A DNA stretch of 64,000 nt, from assembly GCA_041697335.1 (NCBI GenBank), contig JBGUGD010000001.1, positions 64,001-128,000 of the forward strand, in the 5' to 3' direction. Every line of letters begins with the position of its first letter. The first letter of the stretch is position 1. A program made the translations under genes and the position numbers. The notes beneath the pieces were generated by a model, which ran no database searches, was not told the DNA's origin, and saw only the letters and a program-made list of their open reading frames with translations. Of the stretch, positions 28,516 to 39,279 are shown piece by piece. Origin of the DNA: Vampirovibrionaceae bacterium NZW_1234. Lineage in GTDB: Bacteria; Cyanobacteriota; Vampirovibrionia; Vampirovibrionales; JAGQHJ01.

Positions 28516-29267
28516 TCGGGAATACTCCTTTCACTCAAGTTCGTTGAGGTTTTTAATCCAAGTTATCCATATTACGTTAGAAATAACATATTTAGAAAAA
28601 ATTGAAAAGCCCTACTATGATTAAATTGGAAATGTTGGGGGACGAGGATTGAAATTGTGTCTCGTTGAATTTCGGCTGTTTGGTCCTCCAGGAATTCGTT
28701 TGGCGGCGATCAACGCAACAGAATGTTCCGTTTAATATTAGTTTGTCAGATTCGTTAGAAACACATCCCTTGAATGTAGGAGTCCTGTAAATTGCAAAGG
28801 CAAATTTGAGATCTGCCGACTTGGACCAAGATGTGTTTAGCGGAGTTATCGGTTTGCACTAGAATGGGCATTTGTGTTTCTTATGACTCACAAGGATGCT
28901 AAGTCCTTGTCTTACAAGGCTTTTTTTCAAGATGAGTTAACTGGATAATGGTCTTGAAGTTTTCTGCAGGCTATCCATTGATGTTTTTGCCTGCGCTATT
29001 TTGCGCGATAAATTGGGGTTCCACTTTTTTGTTGGTGAGAAATTTTTTGGTTTCAAAAATAAGTCAGATGGGTTAGTTTTTGCCACTCCCGGAGGCCATT
29101 TTGTCCTCATATCTGGAAAACCGTGGTATTGCCTTCCAGCCTATATTCGGGTTTAAATGCAGATCTGTAACAGATGAACTCAATCCGGTTATGTTGGTCA
29201 TCTTAGTGTCTTCTCTGGAAATTGCCGGACACGAGCTCTGATAAGTGGTTGAAAGGATAGAGAATCA

Positions 29268-30020
29268 ATGGACATTCAAACTCGTTGGGAAACGATTGAT
29301 GTAGCAGGAAACGCCATGAATGCCTTTATTGCATCCCCGGCCGATGGTGGCTCCTATCCCGGTGTTTTGGTTTTCATGGAAATCTTTGGCGTAAATGAGC
29401 ATATTCAGGATGTAACCCAACGGATTGCCAAAGAAGGCTATGTGGCCATGGCCATTGATTATTATCACCGCGTCGCACCAGGGATTCAGCTTGGCTATTC
29501 GCAAGCCGATATAGAAGAAGGGCGCAAATATAAGGATATGATCAGTCAGGCAGATATGGAGGCCGATGCCCGTGCTGCCATTGACTATTTGAAGGAACTT
29601 CCCAATGTCAGCTCCAAAGATCGGGTTGGAACCGTTGGATTTTGCTTTGGAGGATATGTCGCTTACGTGGTTGCAACATTGCCTGAAGTTGCTGTTACGG
29701 CTTCGTTTTATGGTGCCGGGATTGCGCAGGATATGCCCGGAAAGGAAGAACCGCCTGTTGATAAGTCCGGTGAAATTGAGGGTTATATGCTCTGCTTGTT
29801 TGGTGAGAAAGACGCCTCAATTCCGCAGGAAGATATTCAAATGATTGAGAGTTCTCTTGAGCGTGGTCGGGTGAGTCATAAAATCATTGTTTACCCGGAT
29901 GCCGATCATGGGTTCTTCTGTGATAAACGCGGCAGTTATCATCCCGAGTCTGCCCTGGATGCATGGTCTGAATTATTACAAGCGTTTCAATCTCAGCTTA
30001 AAGGAGCTGCGGTCCGTTAA
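29268..30020 (+). CDS. Dienelactone hydrolase family protein
   Basis: EIFGVN, GFCFGG, FYG, HGFFCD.R.SY. Confidence 0.93.
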   Translation: MDIQTRWETIDVAGNAMNAFIASPADGGSYPGVLVFMEIFGVNEHIQDVTQRIAKEGYVAMAIDYYHRVAPGIQLGYSQADIEEGRKYKDMISQADMEADARAAIDYLKELPNVSSKDRVGTVGFCFGGYVAYVVATLPEVAVTASFYGAGIAQDMPGKEEPPVDKSGEIEGYMLCLFGEKDASIPQEDIQMIESSLERGRVSHKIIVYPDADHGFFCDKRGSYHPESALDAWSELLQAFQSQLKGAAVR

Positions 30021-30050
30021 ATTTAGAAACGGCCTGGTTTCTATTAGACC

Positions 30051-32129
30051 TTAAACACCCTCTTTTGCCCGGATGGCGGAAGGGGGTGTTTGCATGGTGG
30101 GAGAGGCTGCAATTTTTTGAATGGCAGGTAAGGAGACATAAAATCGGGTTTCTTTGTCCGGCTCACTTTCGGCCCAAATTTTACCGCCATGTAATTCGAC
30201 AATCCGTTTGGCGATGTAGAGACCCAGGCCCGAGCCAATTTGTTTGAACTTTCGGGAAAGCGAGTAATATTTGTCAAAAATATGTGGAAGCTCTTGCGGT
30301 CCGATGCCTTTACCCAGATTGCTGATGCAGACTGTTACGGCCTCCTCCTGATCGGCTTGGTGGATATAGAGATGAAGGGTGCTTTGACGTAATGCGTAGT
30401 TCAGGGCATTGGATAAAATGTTATGAAATACCCGCTTCATCTGAATCGGGTCAACAGAGACCTCGGGCAGGTTCAAGGCGGCATGAAATTCCAGCGAGAG
30501 CTGGCGCTTCTCAAGCAAGGGCTGAAGGGAGTCAATCACGTCTTTTAAGAGCAGTTGCAGGTTCATGGGCTGTTTGTACATGGCAAGGTGAGACGACTCC
30601 AGCTTATAAAAGAGGAGCGTTGCATTGACCATGTCCAGCAGATCTTTCACACTGTCGCTGGCACCCATCAAGAGTTTTTGCTGGTCAGAAGTAATGGTTC
30701 CCGCCTTGCCATTGATCAACGAACTTAAGACCAACTCCTGGGCCAGCAGTGGTGTTTTCAGATCATGGGTCAATGTTGCAATGTGGCTTTCCTTTACCCG
30801 CTCCAGTTCTTTGCGAGTGGAAATATCGCCCAGAACACAAATAAATCCGCGTTGCTCCTGAACACCATCTCGCTCGGCCTTATCGGCCTTGAGCCGGGAG
30901 GCATTGAGACGCAAGGTTCGATTAATGCCGCTCTGATTGTGTGTGATCTCGGTTTCCAGAGACTCGGGCAATTCTCCCTCGAACTGATCGCTGGTGCATA
31001 ACAAGAAGGACAATTCTCGGCATTTTGCCATGTGAGGGCATTGACAGGAGAAGAGATCGAAGAAGGTTTTCTTCGAAAGGGCTTCGGCACTCAAGCCACT
31101 CCATTCTTTAATAGGCGGGTTTGTCAGTTGTAATTCCAGGTTGTCTCCTAACATTAAAATTCCGTCGGGAGAGGCATGGAACATGGTTTCAAATTGGTGT
31201 TGGGCTTCACTGAGATTGCGTTTATACCGCTTGGCTCCGTTGATGAGCATTTGGGTCAGAATCAGAATCAGGAGGCCACCAAACCAGAGGGCCAATCGCT
31301 GGTTCAGGAGTAAGTCGCGAAGCCCGTGTCTGGGTTCAACGGTAAGATGCCAAGGCTGGTTTGTAACCAAAAAAGTTAATTGGGCTGCCGGCTTTTGTTT
31401 TTCACGAACACTTGGGGCAGTTTTTTGAAGTACGCGTCCCGCAGGATCGGACAGGTGAATGGTACGCTGGTTTGCCATGCTTTCTTTTTGCAGAGGATTC
31501 CACAGCACTTGCATCGCAATGTCACCGACAGCATAACCGATAAATTCCGAGTTGTTTCGGTAAATGGGGATGATGGCCAGCACACTGTCCTCATCGCCCA
31601 TGAAATTGAGAAGGCCGGATGTGAAAGGTTGGCGGGTCTGTCTAGCTTGACTGAACAGGGACGCGTAGACAGGTGCTTTATCAAGGTGTGTGTTCACCAG
31701 TTGGGCATTCTTGGGGGTATAGGGATAGATGCGGGTCAGGGTTAAGTTCGGGCTGACATAAAACAGCCGTCGGAACCCATGCAGGTTGGCAGTAATCGAT
31801 TGCCCATACTGTTGAAAATCATACTGGCTGATGTCCACGAAATTCTGATAAATGACGTTCAAGGCAATCAGTGCGGTTACATGCGCTTCCATGGAAGATT
31901 GCAGGCGGGACTGAAAATGCTGAGCCACGAGGCTGTGTTGGTACTTCTCTTCCCGCTGGGTATTTTGGACCAGAAGCAGGTCGATACCGCCCAGGAGGAG
32001 AAAACCGCTGAGCCAAACCACGAGAACTCCTCGGTTTCGAGAGAGGTTCTTGACGATAGGCTTGGTCAGGAACTGGTTTGATCGGATTGCTTTTATTGTT
32101 GCTATCGTACGTTCAATGGCATTGGGCAT
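30051..32129 (-). CDS. Membrane sensor histidine kinase (CHASE/Cache-like, PAS, HisKA, HATPase)
   Basis: Two TM helices, PAS (ASPDGI..DISTRK), THDLKTPL, NILSNA, GSGLGLYI. Confidence 0.92.
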   Translation of the reverse strand: MPNAIERTIATIKAIRSNQFLTKPIVKNLSRNRGVLVVWLSGFLLLGGIDLLLVQNTQREEKYQHSLVAQHFQSRLQSSMEAHVTALIALNVIYQNFVDISQYDFQQYGQSITANLHGFRRLFYVSPNLTLTRIYPYTPKNAQLVNTHLDKAPVYASLFSQARQTRQPFTSGLLNFMGDEDSVLAIIPIYRNNSEFIGYAVGDIAMQVLWNPLQKESMANQRTIHLSDPAGRVLQKTAPSVREKQKPAAQLTFLVTNQPWHLTVEPRHGLRDLLLNQRLALWFGGLLILILTQMLINGAKRYKRNLSEAQHQFETMFHASPDGILMLGDNLELQLTNPPIKEWSGLSAEALSKKTFFDLFSCQCPHMAKCRELSFLLCTSDQFEGELPESLETEITHNQSGINRTLRLNASRLKADKAERDGVQEQRGFICVLGDISTRKELERVKESHIATLTHDLKTPLLAQELVLSSLINGKAGTITSDQQKLLMGASDSVKDLLDMVNATLLFYKLESSHLAMYKQPMNLQLLLKDVIDSLQPLLEKRQLSLEFHAALNLPEVSVDPIQMKRVFHNILSNALNYALRQSTLHLYIHQADQEEAVTVCISNLGKGIGPQELPHIFDKYYSLSRKFKQIGSGLGLYIAKRIVELHGGKIWAESEPDKETRFYVSLPAIQKIAASPTMQTPPSAIRAKEGV

Positions 32130-32244
32130 GACGTTGGTTTGAACTCCAGTGAACCCTCAGATAGTTCATTATGGCGCATTCAAGAAGCGTCAACAACGAA
32201 AATCGAAGATATTTGAATCTGAATCCGTCACGGTCTGGATTGGC

Positions 32245-33327
<1,083 letters not shown>

Positions 33328-33603
33328 TTATCGTCCGACTTCCAGGACGACATCGCCATGGATGCGACATTGACAGGATAAACGGTCATTGGGGTCGAGG
33401 TAGAAGACGGCTTCCTCAACAACGGTTTTGGGGCATATGTTTTCCATCCCCTGAAGGACGGTAACCACACAACTGCAACAGGCTCCGTTGCCGCCACAGC
33501 GATCATGGACATTGATGTCCAGTAGATGTGCCGCCTCTCGCAGCGTGGTTTCACCGTCAATTTCAATTTCCAGGTTTTGGGGTGTAAAACGGACTTTGGG
33601 CAT
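33328..33603 (-). CDS. 2Fe-2S ferredoxin
   Basis: CGGNGACCSC...RLSCQ; start at MPKVRF. Confidence 0.9.
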   Translation of the reverse strand: MPKVRFTPQNLEIEIDGETTLREAAHLLDINVHDRCGGNGACCSCVVTVLQGMENICPKTVVEEAVFYLDPNDRLSCQCRIHGDVVLEVGR

Positions 33604-33666
33604 GAGTCTAATGGTTTGTTGCTCTGTAAATATCGTGCTTTTCATTGTATCGGATCGCCGCCTTTG

Positions 33667-33703
33667 GGACAAAAAGAAAAAACCGAAGGGGTGACCTTCG
33701 GTA
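33667..33703 (-). terminator. Intrinsic terminator after yraN, preceded by CA-rich tract
   Basis: Minus strand accgaagg-tcacc-ccttcggt then ttttttctttttgtcc. Confidence 0.8.
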
Positions 33704-33748
33704 GGGTAATGTGTGTGTGTTGTCAGACATGGGGTTTGTGGGAAACTT

Positions 33749-34117
33749 TTAAAAAGCGGATTCGTAGAAGGTGATAACAGGCGGTTGACCATTGTTCTGG
33801 TGAACAACCGTAATCACGTCAAACGACACTTGATTGTATTGAAAATCTGGCTGCGTAGCGAGGTACGCTTCTGCTAAAATCCTGATTTTCTCTTGCTTTA
33901 CTGGCGTTATTGCCTCATGTGCTTCTCCATACTTCGTATTTCGACGTGTCTTCACTTCTACAAATTTAAGGGTTAACGTTTTCGGGGAATACGCAATGAT
34001 ATCTATTTCGCCAAACTGACCGTATCTCCAATTACACTGAAGGATTTCGAACCCAGCTTGTTCTAGGAATACCCTTGCGAGGGATTCACCGTGTTGACCT
34101 AATTGACGAGACTTCAC
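33749..34117 (-). CDS. yraN: YraN (UPF0102) family PD-(D/E)xK protein
   Basis: LG..GE..A..FL, GEIDII, FVEVKTR, FDVI, AF C-terminus; GTG start inferred. Confidence 0.9.
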   Translation of the reverse strand: MKSRQLGQHGESLARVFLEQAGFEILQCNWRYGQFGEIDIIAYSPKTLTLKFVEVKTRRNTKYGEAHEAITPVKQEKIRILAEAYLATQPDFQYNQVSFDVITVVHQNNGQPPVITFYESAF

Positions 34118-34160
34118 TCTGGCCTTAACAACACAAACACTACAATGGTTATTGTAACGT

Positions 34161-34493
34161 TTAAGCGTTAAAGGTTTTGAACGAAGAGTCAATGTTTTTG
34201 TTGATAACCTTTTGAACCGCTTCAATCTCTGTCTGAACTGCCTGACGTTGGGTGTCCACACGACGTAAGTTCATTTCGAGAGCCTTATCCAGCGTCTGAA
34301 TCGCTGCAATTCTCGCTTGGATAGCGATAGCCGCAGGGGATTCAGGTTCAAGGTTAGCACTAATCGTAAACAGAGCGCCAGTGACGTTGGCCAGGGACAT
34401 ACGAGCTTGGTTAATGAACTGCCCCTGCAATTCCAAGTCACTCTTACGAGCTGTTAGGATTAGATATCTGGCTTGACTTGCTGCAAAACCCAC
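34161..34493 (-). CDS. Small coiled-coil protein of MGxAASQAR type
   Basis: GTG start with AGGAG RBS; MGFAASQARYLILTARKSDLE ... KVINKNIDSSFKTF. Confidence 0.8.
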   Translation of the reverse strand: MGFAASQARYLILTARKSDLELQGQFINQARMSLANVTGALFTISANLEPESPAAIAIQARIAAIQTLDKALEMNLRRVDTQRQAVQTEIEAVQKVINKNIDSSFKTFNA

Positions 34494-34911
34494 TTCTCTA
34501 TTCTCCTATTTATTCTTCTCGAATGAGTTACAAGTGACTTACATAATATATATAAAACATTCAAAATAACCGGATTGCTCAAAACGGTCCAAATTGATCT
34601 CAAACTGTAATAATTCTTAAAAAACAATCAAAAGATAAGGGAAACTTAATGATTTCCCGGGCAATATCCGTGTTGCGGCCTTATACGGCTGCCATTTGAG
34701 CCCTTTTCGAAGGGCGAAAATCCGGGTTTTGGGACAGAATATTATCTTTTCATTAGGATTTCTAAAGGATAGATCGATGACCTTACCCCCTCAAGGACGA
34801 GTCCGGTAAGTTGAGCCATCCCGAATCAATCCCTGTGGATGGGGCTTGTAGCAAGGGAATTTGGCTTCCTTGAAAGGAAGGTGTGCCTAACAGCCAAGCA
34901 AAAGGGACTGG

Positions 34912-35229
34912 TTAAATGATTTGTGTCCCATCCGGCACGCCGTGATCGCCAAAGCTAAGCCGGATAACGCTTAATATGCTTTCTATTAGCTCTTCCTGAC
35001 TTTGGAACTCTTCTTGCGGACTGTCATGAAGAATGTCAGCCAAAACCATGGACTCTGTCTGGGACCATTGGATTTCCAGCGGCCCGATATGTCTCATCAA
35101 TTCAGGCTTGCGGGCCGGGAAGCGAACTTGGGCCAAGGCGTCGTTTAAGCTATCCAGATTGCTGGTAAGGTTTGGCTCAGCCGTATCGGGTTGAGTTAAT
35201 TTGGGTTCGTCTTGTTTTGACTTGGCCAT
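34912..35229 (-). CDS. DUF2795-like small protein
   Basis: L..V.FPA.K.EL motif and EEFQS.EEL; GGGGAG RBS. Confidence 0.6.
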   Translation of the reverse strand: MAKSKQDEPKLTQPDTAEPNLTSNLDSLNDALAQVRFPARKPELMRHIGPLEIQWSQTESMVLADILHDSPQEEFQSQEELIESILSVIRLSFGDHGVPDGTQII

Positions 35230-35404
35230 GGTGTCTCCCCCCTGTTTTGAGCACTTCGCTGTCCAGACTGTCTCTCTCGGACGTTCTGGTCTTTGATTAC
35301 TTTACCCTACCTGGCGGGGGTGGGTGTATTCACTGAAAGACGGATCACCCCGGAGGGTTCTTTTTCCTATTCTTTTCTATATAGGATGGCGGCGATGTCC
35401 CGAC

Positions 35405-35510
35405 ACGAAAAAAATCCCTGTGATGTTGCCGTCACAGGGATAGGGATTTTTCCCTACAATCGTACATTGGCTATGGGTTAAGTTAAAGCGAAAATGAGTA
35501 GTAACTGCTA
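35405..35510 (-). ncRNA. Candidate sRNA, copy 1 of tandem family
   Basis: Contains invariant 21-mer (35456-35476) followed on minus strand by hairpins and U-tract; 5' end uncertain. Confidence 0.55.
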
Positions 35511-35583
35511 CTTAGCCCCAAGATTGCAGGGAAACAACATAGCTCGTGTATTGCCGCCCCAAAGTAGGGGGCGGGTTTCGGTT

Positions 35584-35763
35584 CTAAGCTTCCGTCCAGA
35601 GGCGCTGGTTGCTGTTGGGTGCGCCAGTCAAAAGGTTACCGCTGATCCCACCACCAAAGCTGCTGGCCGTGTCATTGGAGACCCCGTTAAAGCTATTGCT
35701 TGGAGGGAAGGTGGTTTTCATTACGTTTGCTGAACCGCCCATTGCGCTCATACTGCATGCCAT
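35584..35763 (-). CDS. Small Ser/Gly/Asn-rich protein, 59 aa (not in ORF track)
   Basis: AAGGAG RBS; MACSMSAMGGSANVMKTTFPPSNSFNGVSNDTASSFGGGISGNLLTGAPNSNQRLWTEA; GC hairpin just after stop. Confidence 0.7.
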   Translation of the reverse strand: MACSMSAMGGSANVMKTTFPPSNSFNGVSNDTASSFGGGISGNLLTGAPNSNQRLWTEA

Positions 35764-36003
35764 TGGTAGACTCCTTTTCTTGTTTCCTACTAACCTAACT
35801 GAAACGTTATATTCTTATAATAATGAATTGTTGAAACAAGAAGTGTCTTCTGGCCTACAAATTTAAAAAGAAAATAAAAAAACGTGGTGGCGTGGGTTGC
35901 ATCTTTGCCCGAAAAGCCTCAAGGCATGGGCCATTTGCCTATTGTTACGGTTTCTGGAAGTGAACATTTATGCCTGTAATTTTCCAGGTGCCACAGGGGG
36001 GCT

Positions 36004-36120
36004 GGACAAAAAAGAAAAACCCTATGGAAGTCATAGGGTTAACAATCGTACATTGGCTATGGATAAGTCGTTAAGAGTAAGATCGATTTAGCGTGTTTTC
36101 TGTGAGAGTAGAGTTTCGAT
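36004..36120 (-). ncRNA. Candidate sRNA, copy 2 of tandem family
   Basis: Extended -10 (TGaCATAAT) upstream, conserved core 36042-36073, terminator ccctatg/cataggg plus U-tract. Confidence 0.7.
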
Positions 36121-36299
36121 ACTTTTATTATGTCAAATTGATGTGTTGCTTTCTGTCGGGTAGCCAACAAATTTGTTCAGCGGACTCAAATTCGTCTTCG
36201 GAGTTTATCCGAAGCGTCTGAAACCCTTTTTAGATCTGGGTTTGAGGTGGTTTACATTTCGCAATCATCCTGCTCTCCAAGCGCGTTCCTCTAAAGGAC

Positions 36300-36420
36300 G
36301 GACAAAAAAAAGAAACCCTATGGTGAGCATAGGGCGAGACAATCGTACATTGGCTATGGATAAGTCGTTATGAGAGAGAGGTTTAGAGTTTTGGTCTGAA
36401 GAGATGTGTTGAGTTTCGAT
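36300..36420 (-). ncRNA. Candidate sRNA, copy 3 of tandem family
   Basis: Same promoter block (60/63 identical to copy 2), conserved core 36339-36370, same terminator stem. Confidence 0.7.
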
Positions 36421-36588
36421 ACTTTTATTATGTCAAATTGATGTGTTACTTTCTGTCGGGTAGCTGACAAATTCGACGGACTCCTCGGGTAATCCTGAAA
36501 AAACCGCCTAAATGCTCTCCACGAGAGGCAAAAAGGCGGTTTACAAAAGTTAAAGATTGAAGGCTTACAGCGAAATCAAGCCCGTCTG

Positions 36589-37773
36589 TTATTTGAAATA
36601 GGCGCTGACTTGCTTGTCTTCAGCATAACAGCTCCCGTTCCAGCGATAGACATAGATCGGGTGGTAAGGGTCTTTGTCAAACTGGCGAACCACAATTTCC
36701 ATCTTGCCGTCGCCATCAATGTCTTCGGTAATATGGGGGCCTTTGTGGGATTTCAGTTCCCCGATCACCTGGTTTTTCCCGTTGAGAATACGAACCTCAT
36801 AGGGGGCGTTGGGCGTGCCGGTTAAAAAGAAATTGATGGAATCGGTCGTGCCGTCCTGATCCAAATCCAGCGATTTACTGGTTTTCAGTTGGTTCCAGTT
36901 GACGGGTGTCGAACTGAAGGAGCATGTCTGCGCAACTTCCGGGGGACGAGATGTCGCGGTTGTTGTACTCTGGTCCGACTCTACCGTGTTGCCATCAGCC
37001 ATGGACAAGGCCATCAGCGCACTATTGGGGCTGGATGACGTCGCACCGTAGGGAACATAAATGGTCGTCACGTCTTCATTAATTAAGCTGCTATAAGCTT
37101 CATAAGGCTTCAGTCCTTCCAAAATGCGCACATAGCTGGGCCATACACCGGGTTTCATATCATCGCGGTTAAAAATCAGGGCATCTTTCAGCTTGTAGCC
37201 CACATCCATCTTGCGGGTGGTCATGGCATCCGGCGGCGCGTTTTCAAAGATAATGTCCGTATCGACCTGGGCCAAGCCATAGGCCAGGCTGGTATAGGGG
37301 GAGCCGATTTTATCGTTGGCTTTTCTCAGGAAGAAAAGGCCGTTCTTATTGGCTTCCATCACCAGTTGGGCGTATCCATAGTCGAAAAACTTGATGGGGT
37401 CATTTTCATTGGTCAAATAGCGGGCTTTCAAAGCCTTCATCAGCTTTGCACGCTCTTCGGGAATCTGGCCATAGGCTGCATAGGCCCGTCGAAGGGTCTC
37501 CATATGCAGGAGCAGCGAATCGGTCGACGTCATAAACTCATAGGTTCCGTCTGCCGTTTGGACAGCCTGGTCCAGGCCTTCGGCTTGGGGGACACTGGAC
37601 ACTTCCAACGGAACTGTTCTAAGCAGCATGGGCTTTTCAGTAACCGTGGTTGACGTTGCTTCCAGTGCGACATCTTCAGCCTTGCCGGGTGCCAGGAGGG
37701 CTGTTGTTAATGTTAGCGCCAGCATGGAGGCAAAGGTGGTTTGCTTCATCCAACTCAGTGACCGGTTGTCCAT
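36589..37773 (-). CDS. Exported hypothetical protein with C-terminal DxDGDG (FG-GAP/VCBS-like) motifs
   Basis: Signal peptide (LALTLTTALLAPGKA), DLDQDGTTD and DIDGDGKMEIVV; GAGGAG RBS. Confidence 0.75.
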   Translation of the reverse strand: MDNRSLSWMKQTTFASMLALTLTTALLAPGKAEDVALEATSTTVTEKPMLLRTVPLEVSSVPQAEGLDQAVQTADGTYEFMTSTDSLLLHMETLRRAYAAYGQIPEERAKLMKALKARYLTNENDPIKFFDYGYAQLVMEANKNGLFFLRKANDKIGSPYTSLAYGLAQVDTDIIFENAPPDAMTTRKMDVGYKLKDALIFNRDDMKPGVWPSYVRILEGLKPYEAYSSLINEDVTTIYVPYGATSSSPNSALMALSMADGNTVESDQSTTTATSRPPEVAQTCSFSSTPVNWNQLKTSKSLDLDQDGTTDSINFFLTGTPNAPYEVRILNGKNQVIGELKSHKGPHITEDIDGDGKMEIVVRQFDKDPYHPIYVYRWNGSCYAEDKQVSAYFK

Positions 37774-38266
37774 AGAACACACTCCTCTAAAATCGCTTGC
37801 TTTTGGACTTACATGGCCCCATATCACCATATCGGGGCAGATTTGATTTTCTTTATCATGGCCTCTCTCTATATATAGAATAAAGGGAGGTCATTTGTCT
37901 GAAAGTCATCCGATCTCAATTATAAGGAAAAGCCTCAAATCGGGGGACGGGGGCGTAACGATCTTCAATGACGAGGTCGTTGGCAAGGAGGTTCCGATAG
38001 GGGGAATTTCCCCGACTCCGAACCGGCTTCACCGGGGAGACTGATCGAAGCCTTCATGGGGCGCCCTCTGCCATGGGCTGAGGACAGGAAAGTACCGCTA
38101 GACAAAGGATTTGTTTTCTGGCACAATAAACCAGCCTCGCCATACCCAACCCGATCGGGAGTGACCCCTGATCCGGAACTGCGATGAGACCGGGCTCGGT
38201 TTTTGCCCTCAAGAACCAAAGATGCGCCCCGCGCTGTGGTCGCCCACAGAAATCATAACGATGGTC

Positions 38267-38295
38267 TTGATCCTGTTTTTTGTTTTGGTTATGGT
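38267..38295 (+). promoter_or_regulatory. Putative sigma70 promoter of the rpsM operon
   Basis: TTGATC-N17-TATGGT 135 nt upstream of rpsM. Confidence 0.5.
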
Positions 38296-38430
38296 GTTGG
38301 TTCACACTGTATGGCACGGCGAATTTCGGTCGCTCGCCACACCAGTTACGAAAACGTAAGAAGCTACAGAGTCAAAACGTAACGAACACGGTACGAAATA
38401 AGTAAAGAAAGCTGAGAAAGTACAGAAAGC

Positions 38431-38805
38431 ATGGCACGGATTGTTGGTGTAGATCTTCCACGTAACAAGAAGCTTTTATGGGCTTTGACCTATATTTACG
38501 GCATTGGCCTGACAAGCAGCAAAAAGATTTTAGAAGCCACCGGCATTGACCCGGACAAGCGTACAGATGATCTGACCGAGGATGATATCAACCGTCTGCG
38601 GGAAGAAATCGAAAAGAACTACCAGGTCGAAGGGGATCTGCGGCGTAAAGTGGGGATGGACATCAAGCGTCTCCAGGAGATCAACTGTTATCGCGGTCAG
38701 CGTCACCGCAGAGGTCTGCCGTGTCGTGGTCAGCGCACCAAGACGAATGCCAAGACTCGTCGTGGTAGAAAAGCTGGCAGCCCCATCAAGAAAAAAGCCG
38801 GTTAA
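38431..38805 (+). CDS. rpsM: 30S ribosomal protein S13
   Basis: [28 protein letters not shown]. Confidence 0.98.
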   Translation: MARIVGVDLPRNKKLLWALTYIYGIGLTSSKKILEATGIDPDKRTDDLTEDDINRLREEIEKNYQVEGDLRRKVGMDIKRLQEINCYRGQRHRRGLPCRGQRTKTNAKTRRGRKAGSPIKKKAG

Positions 38806-38848
38806 TGCGTAGACAAGCTTAAGCACAGTGGAGAAAGCGTAATTTACT

Positions 38849-39247
38849 ATGGCCAAACAACAAAAAGACAAAGGCAAAGTCAAACGTAAAGAGAAAAAGA
38901 ATGTGCTCCAAGGCGTGGTGCACATTCAGTCCACGTTTAACAACAGTATTGTGACCTCGACCGACCCGCAAGGTAATGTCATTGCTTGGTCGAGTGCAGG
39001 GGCTTGTGGCTTCAAGGGTGCTCGCAAAGGCACACCGTTTGCCGCTCAGTCCGCCGCCGAAGACGTGGCCAAAAAGTCCGTCGAGCACGGTATGCGCTCG
39101 GTAAAAGTCTATGTCAGCGGACCGGGTGGCGGCCGTGAAACGGCTATCCGCGCCCTTCAGGTTGCTGGCTTGGAAATTACCTTAATCAAGGATGTGACCC
39201 CCATTCCGCACAACGGGTGCCGTCCTCCCAAACGTCGTCGAGTTTAA
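38849..39247 (+). CDS. rpsK: 30S ribosomal protein S11
   Basis: [31 protein letters not shown]. Confidence 0.98.
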   Translation: MAKQQKDKGKVKRKEKKNVLQGVVHIQSTFNNSIVTSTDPQGNVIAWSSAGACGFKGARKGTPFAAQSAAEDVAKKSVEHGMRSVKVYVSGPGGGRETAIRALQVAGLEITLIKDVTPIPHNGCRPPKRRRV

Positions 39248-39279
39248 GCAGCAGAAATTGATAACAAGGAGAAGTACCC

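Noticed and set aside
27820..28624. Long hydrophobic + strand ORFs
   Set aside because: Antisense shadows of the Lys/Ala repeat gene
35405..36473. CRISPR array interpretation of the repeated 21-32 nt sequence
   Set aside because: Spacing is about 300-590 bp, each unit has its own terminator, and no cas genes are in the window
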